Part shown: one piece after another, positions 28,234 through 37,556 of the stretch
Position numbering within the stretch: the first letter of the stretch is position 1
Layout of the letters: the number at the start of each line of letters is the position of its first letter
Source of the DNA: Polyangiales bacterium
GTDB taxonomy: Bacteria; Myxococcota_A; Polyangia; Polyangiales; Ga0077539
Length of the DNA: 64,000 nucleotides
Assembly: GCA_044229975.1 (NCBI GenBank)
Contig: JBGARZ010000008.1
Coordinates: 192,001-256,000, forward strand
Direction of reading: 5' to 3'
Position numbers and translations under genes: made by a program
Notes under the pieces: generated by a model
Databases searched by the model: none
Told to the model about the DNA's origin: nothing
What the model saw: the letters and a program-made list of their open reading frames with translations, nothing else

Positions 28234-28746
28234 CTACGGCGCGAGCGAGTGGATCGCGTCGAGCACCTCGGTCGCGTGCACGCCCGGATCGACGTCGGGG
28301 AAGATCCGGCGAATCACCCCGTCGCGGTCGATGACGTAGGTGACGCGCGACGCGAGGCCGAAGGTGCGGCCGACGCCGTAGAGCCGCGTGATCGCCCCAT
28401 CGGGGTCGGCGAGCAATGGGAAGGGCAGGCGGTGCTCGCGCGCGAAGGCCGCGTGCGACGCCACGTCGTCGGTCGAGACGCCGAGCACCTGGGCGCCGAC
28501 CTCCACGAAGCGGCTCCACACGTCGCGGAAGGAGCACGCCTCGCGGGTGCATCCGGGTGTCGCGTCGCGCGGATAGAAGTACAAAACCACCGGGTGCCCG
28601 CGCTCGTCGGCGAGTCGGCGGTCGCGGCCGTCTTGATCGAGCGCGTGAAACTCGGGCGCCCGCGCGCCGGGCGCGAGCAAGCGCGACGACGAACATCCGA
28701 AGGTGAGCACCAGCCCGAAGGCGCCGCCGAGTCGGGCGAGGTTCAT
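28234..28746 (-). CDS. bcp: Peroxiredoxin Bcp/PrxQ with putative lipoprotein signal
   Basis: FYPRDATPGCTREAC, GVSTD, RVTYVID; N-terminal LVLTFGC. Confidence 0.88.
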   Translation of the reverse strand: MNLARLGGAFGLVLTFGCSSSRLLAPGARAPEFHALDQDGRDRRLADERGHPVVLYFYPRDATPGCTREACSFRDVWSRFVEVGAQVLGVSTDDVASHAAFAREHRLPFPLLADPDGAITRLYGVGRTFGLASRVTYVIDRDGVIRRIFPDVDPGVHATEVLDAIHSLAP

Positions 28747-28791
28747 GGCGCCGCAGCATAGACGACGTCGTCGCGCCCGCTCCAACAAACC

Positions 28792-28807
28792 TGACAGCCA
28801 CCTGTCA
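28792..28807. promoter_or_regulatory. Palindrome TGACAG-N4-CTGTCA, putative operator between divergent bcp and GST genes
   Basis: Perfect 6-bp arms, 57 bp before the GST ATG. Confidence 0.55.
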
Positions 28808-28864
28808 TCACCGTGCGATAGACGTCTCCCCGTGGACCCGGTGCGGTCCATCGGAGGCCCCCCC

Positions 28865-29506
28865 ATGAAGCTCTACTTCCATCCCATGTCCGGAAACTCC
28901 CGCCGCGTGCTGCTCGTCGCCACCCACCTCGACCTTCCCCTCGAACGCATCCTCGTCGACCTCACCCAGGGCGAGCAGCGCGGAGCACCCCACCTCGCGC
29001 GCAACCCCAACGGGCGCGTCCCCGTGCTCGACGACGACGGCTTCGTGCTCTGGGAGTCGCGCGCCATCATGCAGTACCTCGCCGACAAGACGCCGGGCCA
29101 GACGCTGCTCCCGACGGACGCGCGCGGTCGCGCCGAGGTCAACCGCTGGCTCTTCTGGTGCGCCGCCCACATGGCCCCGGCCAACTCCATCGTCGTCTAC
29201 GAAAACGTCGTGAAGACGCTCACCGGCCGCGGCCCGGCCGACCCCGTCGAGCTCGCGCGCGGCGAGTCGCTCATCGCCCAGTACGCGCCCGTCCTCGACG
29301 CCCACCTCGCAGGCAAGACGTGGGTCGCGCACGATCGCGTCACCCTCGCCGACTACTCGCTGGCCGCGTCGTTTGCCCTCGCCGCTCCAGCGCGCCTGCC
29401 CATCGCCGACTACGCCAACCTCCGCGCGTGGCTCTCGCGCGTGCAGGAGCTCGACGCCTGGAAGCGCACCACACCACCCGCGCCGCCTCCTGCTGTTCGC
29501 GCCTGA
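28865..29506 (+). CDS. Glutathione S-transferase family protein
   Basis: NPNGRVPVL, LWESRAIMQYLA, TLADYSL; GGAGG RBS. Confidence 0.93.
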   Translation: MKLYFHPMSGNSRRVLLVATHLDLPLERILVDLTQGEQRGAPHLARNPNGRVPVLDDDGFVLWESRAIMQYLADKTPGQTLLPTDARGRAEVNRWLFWCAAHMAPANSIVVYENVVKTLTGRGPADPVELARGESLIAQYAPVLDAHLAGKTWVAHDRVTLADYSLAASFALAAPARLPIADYANLRAWLSRVQELDAWKRTTPPAPPPAVRA

Positions 29507-29584
29507 CCGCACCCTTCGCTACGCACCCGCCAACGTCATGCCGCGGGCTTGCGGTGCCGCGCCTCCGTCAACAGATGGCGCCGC

Positions 29585-31123
29585 ATGCAGCTCTCTCATT
29601 CCCGCTCCCGAGGGGCGTGCGGCGCGGCCTCGTTCGTCCTCGCGCTCGCCGCGACGACGCTCGCGCCACGCCTCGCGCACGCCCAGTTCAGTTCACGGCT
29701 CGTGCTGCGCGGAGAGATCGGCGGCGGCACGATGCTCAGCACCTACCAGCGCGACCAGCTCGGCTACAACGCGCTCGTCCAGGGCGGCGGTCGCGTCGGG
29801 CTGCGACTCTTCGGGCCCGTCGAAATCCAGGCGGGCTTCGGCAGCACGTGGTTTCCCTCCAACGGCCGCGCCGCGGGCCAGCTCTACACCGTCACCGGCG
29901 GCCTCCGCGTCGCCCCGATGCTCGGCCGCGTCGGCTGGGTCTGGATCGACGGCAACGCCGGCCTCGCCCGCACCGCGACCCTCTCGCGCGTCGGCATCGA
30001 CGTCGGCCTCGGCTTCGAGTTCGCCCTCGGTCGCGCCGTCGGCGTCGGCCCCTTCGGTCGCTTCACCAACGTCTTCGCCGCGGCGACGGATCAGCAGAGC
30101 GACGCGGGCTTCTGGTCGGCCGGCCTCTCGATGTCGCTGCGGATTCCGCCCGACGTCGAGGCCCCGGTCGCTCCGCGCGACGCCGACAGCGACGGCATCA
30201 TCGACGCGCAGGATCAGTGCATCAACGTCCCCGCCGGACCACAGCCCGACCCGGCCCGACCGGGCTGTCCGCTGCGCGACGCCGACAGCGACGGCATCGC
30301 CGACGCGCTCGACCAGTGCCCGACCGTCCCCGTTGGGGCGCGACCCGACCCGGCGCGCGCGGGGTGTCCGCTCCTCGACGTCGACAACGACGGCATCGCC
30401 GACGCCAACGACAACTGCCCCGAGCTCCCGCAAGGGCCCAACCCCGACCCCGATCGTCTCGGTTGCCCCGACGGTGACGACGACCACGACGGCGTCGTCA
30501 ACCACGCCGACCAGTGCCGCGCCGAGCCCGCCGGTCCGACGCCCGACCCGGCACGACCGGGCTGCCCCAATCCCGACCGCGATCACGACAGCGTTCCCGA
30601 CGCGCAGGACGCGTGCCCCGACCAGCCCGGCGCGCCCTCCACCAACCCGCGGCGCAACGGCTGCCCCGGCCTCGTGCGCATCGACAACGGACAGATTCGC
30701 ATCAACCGCCCGGTGTTCTTCGCGACCAACCGCGACGTGGTGCTGCGCACCAGCTTCCCGGTGCTCGAAGCCGTCGCCGAAGCCCTCCGCGCGCAGCCCG
30801 GCATCCGCCGCGTCTCCGTCGAAGGACACACCGACGACGTCGGCCGCTCCGACGCCAACATGGACCTCTCGCAGCGCCGCGCCGAGAGCGTGATGGCCTG
30901 GCTCGCCGCGCACGGCATCGAAGCCGGGCGCCTCGAAGCCCACGGCTACGGGCCCACGCGCCCGCTCGTGCAGGGCACCACCCGCGCGGCGCGGGCCGCC
31001 AACCGTCGCGTGGAGTTTCACATCCTCGACCCGGCGCAGGCGACGCCTCCTCCGTCCGCGGGCACCGCCATCGTCGTGCCCTCGTCCCCCGCCACGACCC
31101 CGTCAGGAGCGACGACCCGATGA
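29585..31123 (+). CDS. OmpA family protein: N-terminal beta-barrel + thrombospondin type-3 repeats + OmpA peptidoglycan-binding domain (TraB-like architecture)
   Basis: Five DxDxDG/S...DxC repeats; EGHTDDVG, LSQRRAESV, NRRVEF. Confidence 0.92.
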   Translation: MQLSHSRSRGACGAASFVLALAATTLAPRLAHAQFSSRLVLRGEIGGGTMLSTYQRDQLGYNALVQGGGRVGLRLFGPVEIQAGFGSTWFPSNGRAAGQLYTVTGGLRVAPMLGRVGWVWIDGNAGLARTATLSRVGIDVGLGFEFALGRAVGVGPFGRFTNVFAAATDQQSDAGFWSAGLSMSLRIPPDVEAPVAPRDADSDGIIDAQDQCINVPAGPQPDPARPGCPLRDADSDGIADALDQCPTVPVGARPDPARAGCPLLDVDNDGIADANDNCPELPQGPNPDPDRLGCPDGDDDHDGVVNHADQCRAEPAGPTPDPARPGCPNPDRDHDSVPDAQDACPDQPGAPSTNPRRNGCPGLVRIDNGQIRINRPVFFATNRDVVLRTSFPVLEAVAEALRAQPGIRRVSVEGHTDDVGRSDANMDLSQRRAESVMAWLAAHGIEAGRLEAHGYGPTRPLVQGTTRAARAANRRVEFHILDPAQATPPPSAGTAIVVPSSPATTPSGATTR

Positions 31124-33543
31124 AGACCTCTTCGCACTCCTTCGCCCGCGTCGCGCTCCTCGCCGCTCTCGCCCTCGCGGGCTGTGGCGACCGCGCCATC
31201 GTCGGCCCCGCCGAGACCGTCGATGCGTCGACCCTCGTCGACCAGGGTCAGGTCGTCGACACCGGAACCGACGCCGGCACCGATGCAGGCTTCGACGCGC
31301 CCGACGTCGCGACGCCCGATGTCGTCGCACCCGATGTCCCTCTCGATGTCGGGCTCGATGTCGTGACGGGGGACGTCATCCCGCTGGACATCCCCTGCGT
31401 CACCCCGCGCGCGATGTGCGGAACGGCCTGCCGCGACCTCTCCGTCGACGCGCTCAACTGCGGCGCGTGCGGTCGCTCGTGCGGCGCCGGTGAGACCTGC
31501 GTCCTCGGTGCGTGCGCGCCCACCTGCCCGACGGGCTCTGTCGCCTGCGGTCGCGCCTGCGTCGTCACCGCGACGGACGTCCGCCACTGCGGCGCCTGCG
31601 GCAACGCCTGCCCGTCGGGTCAGTCCTGCGTCGCGGGCGTTTGCGGGTGTCCGACCGGCACCACCCTCTGCGGCTCGACCTGCGTTCGGACCGCCACCGA
31701 CCCCGCCCACTGCGGCGTCTGCGACCGCGCCTGCGGGACCGACCAGGTCTGCCTCGCGGGCGCCTGCGCCAGCGCCAGCGCCGGCTGCGGAACGCTCACG
31801 GCGTGCGGTCGTTCGTGCATCGACACTGCGACCGACGCGCGCAACTGCGGCGCCTGCGGGCGTACCTGCGGCGCGCAGGAGACCTGCACCGCGGGGGCGT
31901 GCGTCGCTCTCTGCCCGCTGGGTACCGACCGCTGCGGGACGGCCTGCGTCGACCTCCGCTCGGCCGAGAGTGACTGCGGCCGCTGCGGTCAGCGCTGCCC
32001 CGTCGGAACGCTCTGCCAATCGGGCGTCTGCGGCTGCCCGACGGGCACCGTCGCGTGCGGCGGGCGCTGCGTGGCGACGGCGACGGACCCGGCCCACTGC
32101 GGCGGCTGCGGTCGCGCCTGCGCCGCGGGCCAGTCGTGCCTCGCGGGCGCCTGCGTCGCGTCGTGCGGCGCTGGACCGACGGCCTGCGCCAACGCGTGCG
32201 TGAACACCACGACCGACCCGCTCCACTGCGGCAACTGCTCGACGGTCTGCACGCTCGACCAGACGTGCACCTCTGGCGCCTGCGCCTGCCCCACCGGCAC
32301 CATCGACTGCGGCGGGACCTGCACCGCGACCGCGAGTGATCCGCTCCACTGCGGCGGCTGCGGGACGGTGTGCCCCGCGGGCACCGGCTGCGTCGAAGGG
32401 CGCTGCGCCTGCCCGGCGGGCGCGACCGCGTGCGGCAGCGTGTGCGCCGTCACCAGCAGCGACCCGCGTCACTGCGGCGCCTGCGACACCCCGTGCGGCC
32501 CCGGACAGACCTGCGTCGGCGGCGTGTGCGGCGCGCCGTGCCCGACCGGAACCACCGCGTGCGGGACCTTCTGCGCCGACCTCCAGAACGACGTGAACCG
32601 CTGCGGCGCCTGCGGCACCCGCTGCGCCGAGGGCCAGTCCTGCACCGCCGGGGTCTGCGCCTGCCCGACCGGCACCACGCTCTGCGGCGGTCGCTGCGTG
32701 GCGACCTCCGGCGACGGCGCCAACTGCGGCGCGTGCGGCAACACCTGCGCGGCGGGCCAGCTCTGCGTGTCGGGTGTGTGCGCGTCGGCGTGCGCCGCGG
32801 GACAGACGGCGTGCGGCGGTCGCTGCGCCGACCTCGCGACGAGCGCCACCGACTGCGGCGCGTGTGGCAACGCCTGCGCCGATGGCCAGTCGTGCACGCT
32901 CGGCGTGTGCGTGAGCCCCTGCGCGGCGGGCGCGACGCTGTGCGGCGGTCGCTGCGTCGACCTGCGCGGCGACCCCAACCACTGCGGCGCCTGCGGGCGG
33001 GCGTGCGGCGCGTCGTCGGCCTGCGTCGGCGGGTCGTGCCTCTGCGCGCTCGGCACCGTGAACTGCGGCGGTGCGTGCGTCTCGACGCTGAGCGACCCCA
33101 ACCACTGCGGCGCCTGCGGCCGCGCGTGCCCCGCGGGTCAGGTGTGCTCGCTGGGCCTCTGCGGGCTCGTCTGCCCGCCGACGTCGACCACCTGCTCGCG
33201 CGCCTGCATCGACCTCTCGGGCAGCGCGCAGAACTGCGGAACCTGCGGCCGCACCTGCCGCAACGACCAGGCCTGTACCGCGGGGACGTGCGCCTGCCCA
33301 TCGGGCCTCACGGACTGCTCGGGCGTGTGCGCCGACACGAGCCGCGACAACACCAACTGCGGCGCGTGCGGGACGCGCTGCACGGCGCCGCGGGTGTGCG
33401 CGTCGGGCGGCTGCGTGTGCCCGTCGGGCCTGACCGAGTGCGGCGGCGCGTGCGTCAACACGACGGGCGACGCGACCAACTGCGGCGCGTGCGGGCTGCG
33501 CTGCGCGACCGGCCAGACGTGCAACGGCGGAACCTGCCGCTGA
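31120..33543 (+). CDS. Cys-rich repeat lipoprotein (17 x ~42-aa repeats, MXAN_6577/Stig1-like)
   Basis: Lipobox LAGCG, DAG-rich linker, 17 repeats of C-x-C...CGxC...C...C...C; ATGA overlap with the OmpA gene. Confidence 0.9.
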   Translation: MKTSSHSFARVALLAALALAGCGDRAIVGPAETVDASTLVDQGQVVDTGTDAGTDAGFDAPDVATPDVVAPDVPLDVGLDVVTGDVIPLDIPCVTPRAMCGTACRDLSVDALNCGACGRSCGAGETCVLGACAPTCPTGSVACGRACVVTATDVRHCGACGNACPSGQSCVAGVCGCPTGTTLCGSTCVRTATDPAHCGVCDRACGTDQVCLAGACASASAGCGTLTACGRSCIDTATDARNCGACGRTCGAQETCTAGACVALCPLGTDRCGTACVDLRSAESDCGRCGQRCPVGTLCQSGVCGCPTGTVACGGRCVATATDPAHCGGCGRACAAGQSCLAGACVASCGAGPTACANACVNTTTDPLHCGNCSTVCTLDQTCTSGACACPTGTIDCGGTCTATASDPLHCGGCGTVCPAGTGCVEGRCACPAGATACGSVCAVTSSDPRHCGACDTPCGPGQTCVGGVCGAPCPTGTTACGTFCADLQNDVNRCGACGTRCAEGQSCTAGVCACPTGTTLCGGRCVATSGDGANCGACGNTCAAGQLCVSGVCASACAAGQTACGGRCADLATSATDCGACGNACADGQSCTLGVCVSPCAAGATLCGGRCVDLRGDPNHCGACGRACGASSACVGGSCLCALGTVNCGGACVSTLSDPNHCGACGRACPAGQVCSLGLCGLVCPPTSTTCSRACIDLSGSAQNCGTCGRTCRNDQACTAGTCACPSGLTDCSGVCADTSRDNTNCGACGTRCTAPRVCASGGCVCPSGLTECGGACVNTTGDATNCGACGLRCATGQTCNGGTCR

Positions 33544-33564
33544 CGAATGACTGGGCCGAGCGCG

Positions 33565-33924
33565 CTACAGCACGCGGCGCTCGGCCGTGAGCGCGCCGGG
33601 AGAGTCGCCCGTATTGACGGTGACGCTCGGCTCGATGAGCACGATCTCGGCGCCCTCACTGGACACCGGCTGGTGCCGCACGCCGCGCGGAACGACGTAG
33701 AGCTGACCGGGGCCGAGCGTGACGTCGCCCGCCTCCATGCGAATCGTCAGCGACCCCTTCACGACGAGAAACAACTCATCGGTGTCGGGGTGGCTATGCC
33801 AGGAGAACTCCCCGACGGTCTTCGCGACGCGGACGTCGTAGTCGTTGAGGACGGCCACGGTGCGCGGCTGCCACGGTTCGTGGAAGGTCGCGAGCGCGGC
33901 GCCAAGATCGACGGGGTCGGGCAT
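33565..33924 (-). CDS. Cupin domain protein
   Basis: GEFSWHSHPDTDELFLV, VVPRGVRH, IEP, NTGD. Confidence 0.9.
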   Translation of the reverse strand: MPDPVDLGAALATFHEPWQPRTVAVLNDYDVRVAKTVGEFSWHSHPDTDELFLVVKGSLTIRMEAGDVTLGPGQLYVVPRGVRHQPVSSEGAEIVLIEPSVTVNTGDSPGALTAERRVL

Positions 33925-33998
33925 GTCCGCAGTATCGAGGCAATGCGCGCTCGATGCTACGGGTGACGCGCGCGCCGGCCTACCATCGCCCTCGCCCG

Positions 33999-35054
33999 AT
34001 GCCCGACACCCACCGCGCCCGTCTCTTCGCCGAGACCCTGCGTTCGCTCGCGGCGCCGCGTCGCGCCGTCCCGCTGGCGCTGGTGTGCGCGTCGCTGTGG
34101 TCGGCCGAGTGGGTCGCCAGCCACTCGCCGCGCGCGATGTTCGTCGACGCCGTGCTCATGGTGCTGTTCTGCGCGTTGGCGCCGGCGCTCTGGCGCTCGC
34201 TCTTCGCGCGACCGCTGCCCTCCCTCGCGCACCACCTCGCGGCCTGGGGCGTCTACGTCGTCGCCTCCGTCGCGGTCGTTGTCAGCGCCGGGGTGCTGCT
34301 CCCTCCGCGCGTCGGCCTCGCGTGGACCTACGTCACCGAGCCGCGCTCGCTCGGCGTTCTGGTGGCGCTCTTCCTCGCGGGGGGCTGGGGCCTCGGTCGC
34401 GACATCGAGCTCGAAGCCACCGCCGACCGCGAGCGCGCCCGCGCCGCGAAGCTCGCCGTCGACGCCGAACACGCGCAGATCCTCGCGCTCCGGGCGCAGC
34501 TCGACCCGCACTTCCTCTTCAACACGCTCAACGCCATCGCCGAGTGGTGCCGCGAAGACCCGGTCGTCGCCGAGCGCGCCATCCTCGACCTCGCCGCCCT
34601 CTTGCGGGCGGTGTTCGACGCGCTCCAGACGCCGGGCTGGTCGCTCGCCCGCGAGCTCGCGCTCCTCCAGCAGCTCGCCGCCCTCTACGCAACGCGCGAC
34701 GCCGGTCGGTATCGCTTCCGCTTCGACGTCGAAGCCGCCGCGACCGCTCGTGACGTCCCGCCGCTGGTGCTGCTGCCGCTCTTCGAAAACGCCATCAAGC
34801 ACGGCCCCGCCGCGGGGCATGATGGCGAGGTCGAGATGCAGGTGCGCGCGCAGAACGGAGACGCCGTCGTGTCCATCGAAAACCCCGGCGCCTTCGGTGG
34901 TCCGCGCGACGGGGCGCAGGGGCTGGCGAGCGTCGAGCGCAGACTCGTCCTGGCCTACGGCGAAGACACCCGCGCAGTCTTCGCCTCCACCGACACGAGC
35001 ACCCGCGTGACGGTGCACCTCCCGCCGCAGACGCTCGAAGAGGTCGCTCCATGA
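33999..35054 (+). CDS. LytS/YehU-type membrane sensor histidine kinase
   Basis: Four TM helices, ALRAQLDPHFLFNTLN, PLFENAIKHG. Confidence 0.92.
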   Translation: MPDTHRARLFAETLRSLAAPRRAVPLALVCASLWSAEWVASHSPRAMFVDAVLMVLFCALAPALWRSLFARPLPSLAHHLAAWGVYVVASVAVVVSAGVLLPPRVGLAWTYVTEPRSLGVLVALFLAGGWGLGRDIELEATADRERARAAKLAVDAEHAQILALRAQLDPHFLFNTLNAIAEWCREDPVVAERAILDLAALLRAVFDALQTPGWSLARELALLQQLAALYATRDAGRYRFRFDVEAAATARDVPPLVLLPLFENAIKHGPAAGHDGEVEMQVRAQNGDAVVSIENPGAFGGPRDGAQGLASVERRLVLAYGEDTRAVFASTDTSTRVTVHLPPQTLEEVAP

Positions 35055-35791
35055 CAGCGCTCAAGGTGCTCATCGCCGACGACGAGGAGATGGCCCGTCG
35101 ACGCCTGCGACGGTTGCTCTCCGAGCTGCGCGACGTGGAGGTCGTGGCGGACTGCTCGACCGGCGCGGCGGCGCTCTCGATGCTGGAGTCCGTCGACGTC
35201 GACGTGGCCGTGCTCGACGTGCAGATGCCCGGGCTCTCGGGGCTCGGCGTCTCGCAGGCGGCCGCGGAGCTCGGCGTCGAGGTGATCTTCGCGACGGCGC
35301 ACCCCGAGCACGCGGTCGCCGCGTTTGCCCATGGGGTGATCGACTATGTGCTGAAGCCCGTCGGCGCCGAGCGCCTCGCCGTCGCCATCGAGCGCGCGCG
35401 GTCGCGGGTGCAGCAGCCCGCGGTGCGCGGTGAGGTCGAGACTCCCACGGCAGCGAAGGGTGCGATCGATCGGCTGGCGATCACGGTCAACGGCGAGGTG
35501 CGGCTGTTGGTTCCGTCGGAGGTGGCGTTTGCGATGCTCGACGGGGCGCTGGTGCGGCTGCGCGTCGGGGACGAGATCGTCTGGACGGAGCTCACCCTGC
35601 AAGAGCTCGAAGTGCGGCTGACGAGCAAAGGTTTCTTGCGGGTGCACCGGCGCGCGCTGCTGAACCTGGCGCACGTCGATCGACTCCGACCGCTGCCGAC
35701 GGGCGGCTACGTCGCGCTCACCCGCACGGGCGACGAGGTCCCGGTGTCGCGCCAGGAGGCACGGCGGCTGCGACAGCGGCTGGGGCTGTGA
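35051..35791 (+). CDS. LytTR family response regulator
   Basis: IADDE, LDVQMPG, DYVLKP, FLRVHRRALLN, VPVSR; ATGA overlap with the kinase. Confidence 0.95.
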   Translation: MTALKVLIADDEEMARRRLRRLLSELRDVEVVADCSTGAAALSMLESVDVDVAVLDVQMPGLSGLGVSQAAAELGVEVIFATAHPEHAVAAFAHGVIDYVLKPVGAERLAVAIERARSRVQQPAVRGEVETPTAAKGAIDRLAITVNGEVRLLVPSEVAFAMLDGALVRLRVGDEIVWTELTLQELEVRLTSKGFLRVHRRALLNLAHVDRLRPLPTGGYVALTRTGDEVPVSRQEARRLRQRLGL

Positions 35792-35799
35792 GGGCAGTG

Positions 35800-36024
35800 G
35801 CCGGAGTTCGCGTGAGCCCATGAGCCGAGGTGCAGGCGCTCACTCCGGGCTATTTCACGCGGTCACCTCGCTGCGCGAGGTTGCAGGAACTCTCGATCAA
35901 CGATGGAAGGTCGATGGGTTGCTCGTTGAATCCGGTGCTGCAACCTCGCGCAGCGAGGTGACCGCGTGAAATAGCCCGGAGTGAGCGCCTGCACCTCGGC
36001 TCATGGGCTCACGCGAACTCCGGC
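35800..36024. repeat. Perfect 87-bp inverted repeat with 51-bp spacer
   Basis: 35800-35886 is the exact reverse complement of 35938-36024 (checked base by base). The spacer contains TCAACGA/TCGTTGA. Confidence 0.95.
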
Positions 36025-36191
36025 GACGAGCACGGCAGCCTCCCAGAGGAAATCAGATCACCGAACCCCTCAATCGCTTTCGCGACCGTTCGTTGGGTGC
36101 GCGCGACCGTCCATGAACCAGCTCACGGCGGTCCGTGCCCGTCCGCGCGAGAGGAGACCCCGCCTGTCCCCTCTCGCCCGGAGATCCCACC

Positions 36192-37556
36192 ATGTCGCGA
36201 TTCCGCCGCATCTACCGACTGCTCCGCTTCGTCGTCGCGCTTCCCCTCTTCCTGTGGCCGGGCCTGCTGCTCGTCCGCGACCTCGCCGACCCTGCCCTGC
36301 GCGGCCCCGGCATTCCCCGCCGCGCCCGCGCGCTCCACGCCACGCTCACGCCGCGCATCGCCACCTGGGCCCGCGAGCGCGTCGCCTCACGCCGCGCCGA
36401 ACACGTCGCCCTCCACGACGTCGCCACCACCGAGTGGCCGATGTTCACGGCCGTCTACTACCTCATGGCGACCGAGGCCCTCGTGGTCGACTGGGAGGCG
36501 CACGGCCGACGCGGACCATCGCCCGCCGTCGAAAGCGCCGAGGCCGTCGCGGCGTCGCGAGCCCTCCTCATCGACCCGTCGCATCACAGCTGGGTCCGCC
36601 GACACTGGGGCCCCAACTACCTCCACGAGCAGAACGTCTTCTTCCGCAGCCTGCTCATCGCCGGCCTCACGAGCCACGAGCGCATCACCCACGACGGAAC
36701 CTCCCTCCCCATGTTGCGCGACCAGGTGGAGACGCTGAGCGCTGCCCTCGACGCCTCACCGCTCGGCGTTCTGGAGGACTACCCCCACGAGACCTACCCC
36801 ATCGACGTGCTCGCCGCGATCGGCCTCATCCGTCGCGCCGACGCCGTGCTCGGAACCGACCACTCCGCCTTCATCACCCGCTCGCGCCGCGCCTTCGTCG
36901 GGCCCATGGCCGACGACCTCGGGCTCGTCCCCTACCGCATGGACCTCCCCAGCGGCGAGCACGTGCAACCCTCGCGCGGCATCGGCATGTCGTGGGTGTT
37001 GCAGTTCGTCCCCGACGTCTACGGAACCACCACCGCCCGCGACTGGTACGGCCGCTACGAGCGCAGCTTCTACCAGCAGCGCCACTGGGCCGAGGGGTTC
37101 CGCGAGTACCCCCGCCGTCGCAACGACGAGCGCTTCACCTTCGAGATCGACGCGGGTCCCATCGTCGACGGCTTCGGCACCTCGGCGAGCGCGTTTGGCA
37201 TCGCGGCGGCGCGGCGCAACGGGCGCTTCGACCACGGCTTCGCGCTCGCGGCGGAGTTCTGCGCGTCGGCCTGGACGCTGCCCGACGGCACGCTGCTCTT
37301 CCCGCGTCTGGCGTCGCACGCCACCGCCGCGCCGTACCTCGGCGAAGCCGCGAGCCTCTACTTCCTCACGGTGCAGCCCGCGCCCGGCATGCCCATCGTT
37401 CCTGCGAAGGGCATTCCCGGGCTCGCGTACATCGGGCTGCTCATCTTCTTCGGGACGCCCCTCTGGACGTGGCGTCGTTGGCGCGCGGCGGTGCGAGCCA
37501 CCACGCCGCCCGGATCAGTACGGCAGCGTCGCGGCGATGCGCGCGTTGCCTCGTAG
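36192..37556 (+). CDS. Membrane-anchored protein, linalool dehydratase/isomerase-like fold
   Basis: LEDYPHETYPID, REYP, IDAGPIVDGFGTSASAFGIAAAR motifs; N- and C-terminal TM segments. Confidence 0.55.
   Translation: MSRFRRIYRLLRFVVALPLFLWPGLLLVRDLADPALRGPGIPRRARALHATLTPRIATWARERVASRRAEHVALHDVATTEWPMFTAVYYLMATEALVVDWEAHGRRGPSPAVESAEAVAASRALLIDPSHHSWVRRHWGPNYLHEQNVFFRSLLIAGLTSHERITHDGTSLPMLRDQVETLSAALDASPLGVLEDYPHETYPIDVLAAIGLIRRADAVLGTDHSAFITRSRRAFVGPMADDLGLVPYRMDLPSGEHVQPSRGIGMSWVLQFVPDVYGTTTARDWYGRYERSFYQQRHWAEGFREYPRRRNDERFTFEIDAGPIVDGFGTSASAFGIAAARRNGRFDHGFALAAEFCASAWTLPDGTLLFPRLASHATAAPYLGEAASLYFLTVQPAPGMPIVPAKGIPGLAYIGLLIFFGTPLWTWRRWRAAVRATTPPGSVRQRRGDARVAS

Noticed and set aside
20623..29506. 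Integron cassette array (small stress genes plus a IIC intron)
   Set aside because: Genes alternate in orientation, no repeated RYYYAAC...GTTRRRY attC sites were found, and there is no integrase.
31120..33543. Multiheme cytochrome or Fe-S polyferredoxin
   Set aside because: Motifs are H/N-C-G-x-C-G, not CxxCH, and the lipoprotein signal implies disulfide-bonded extracellular repeats.
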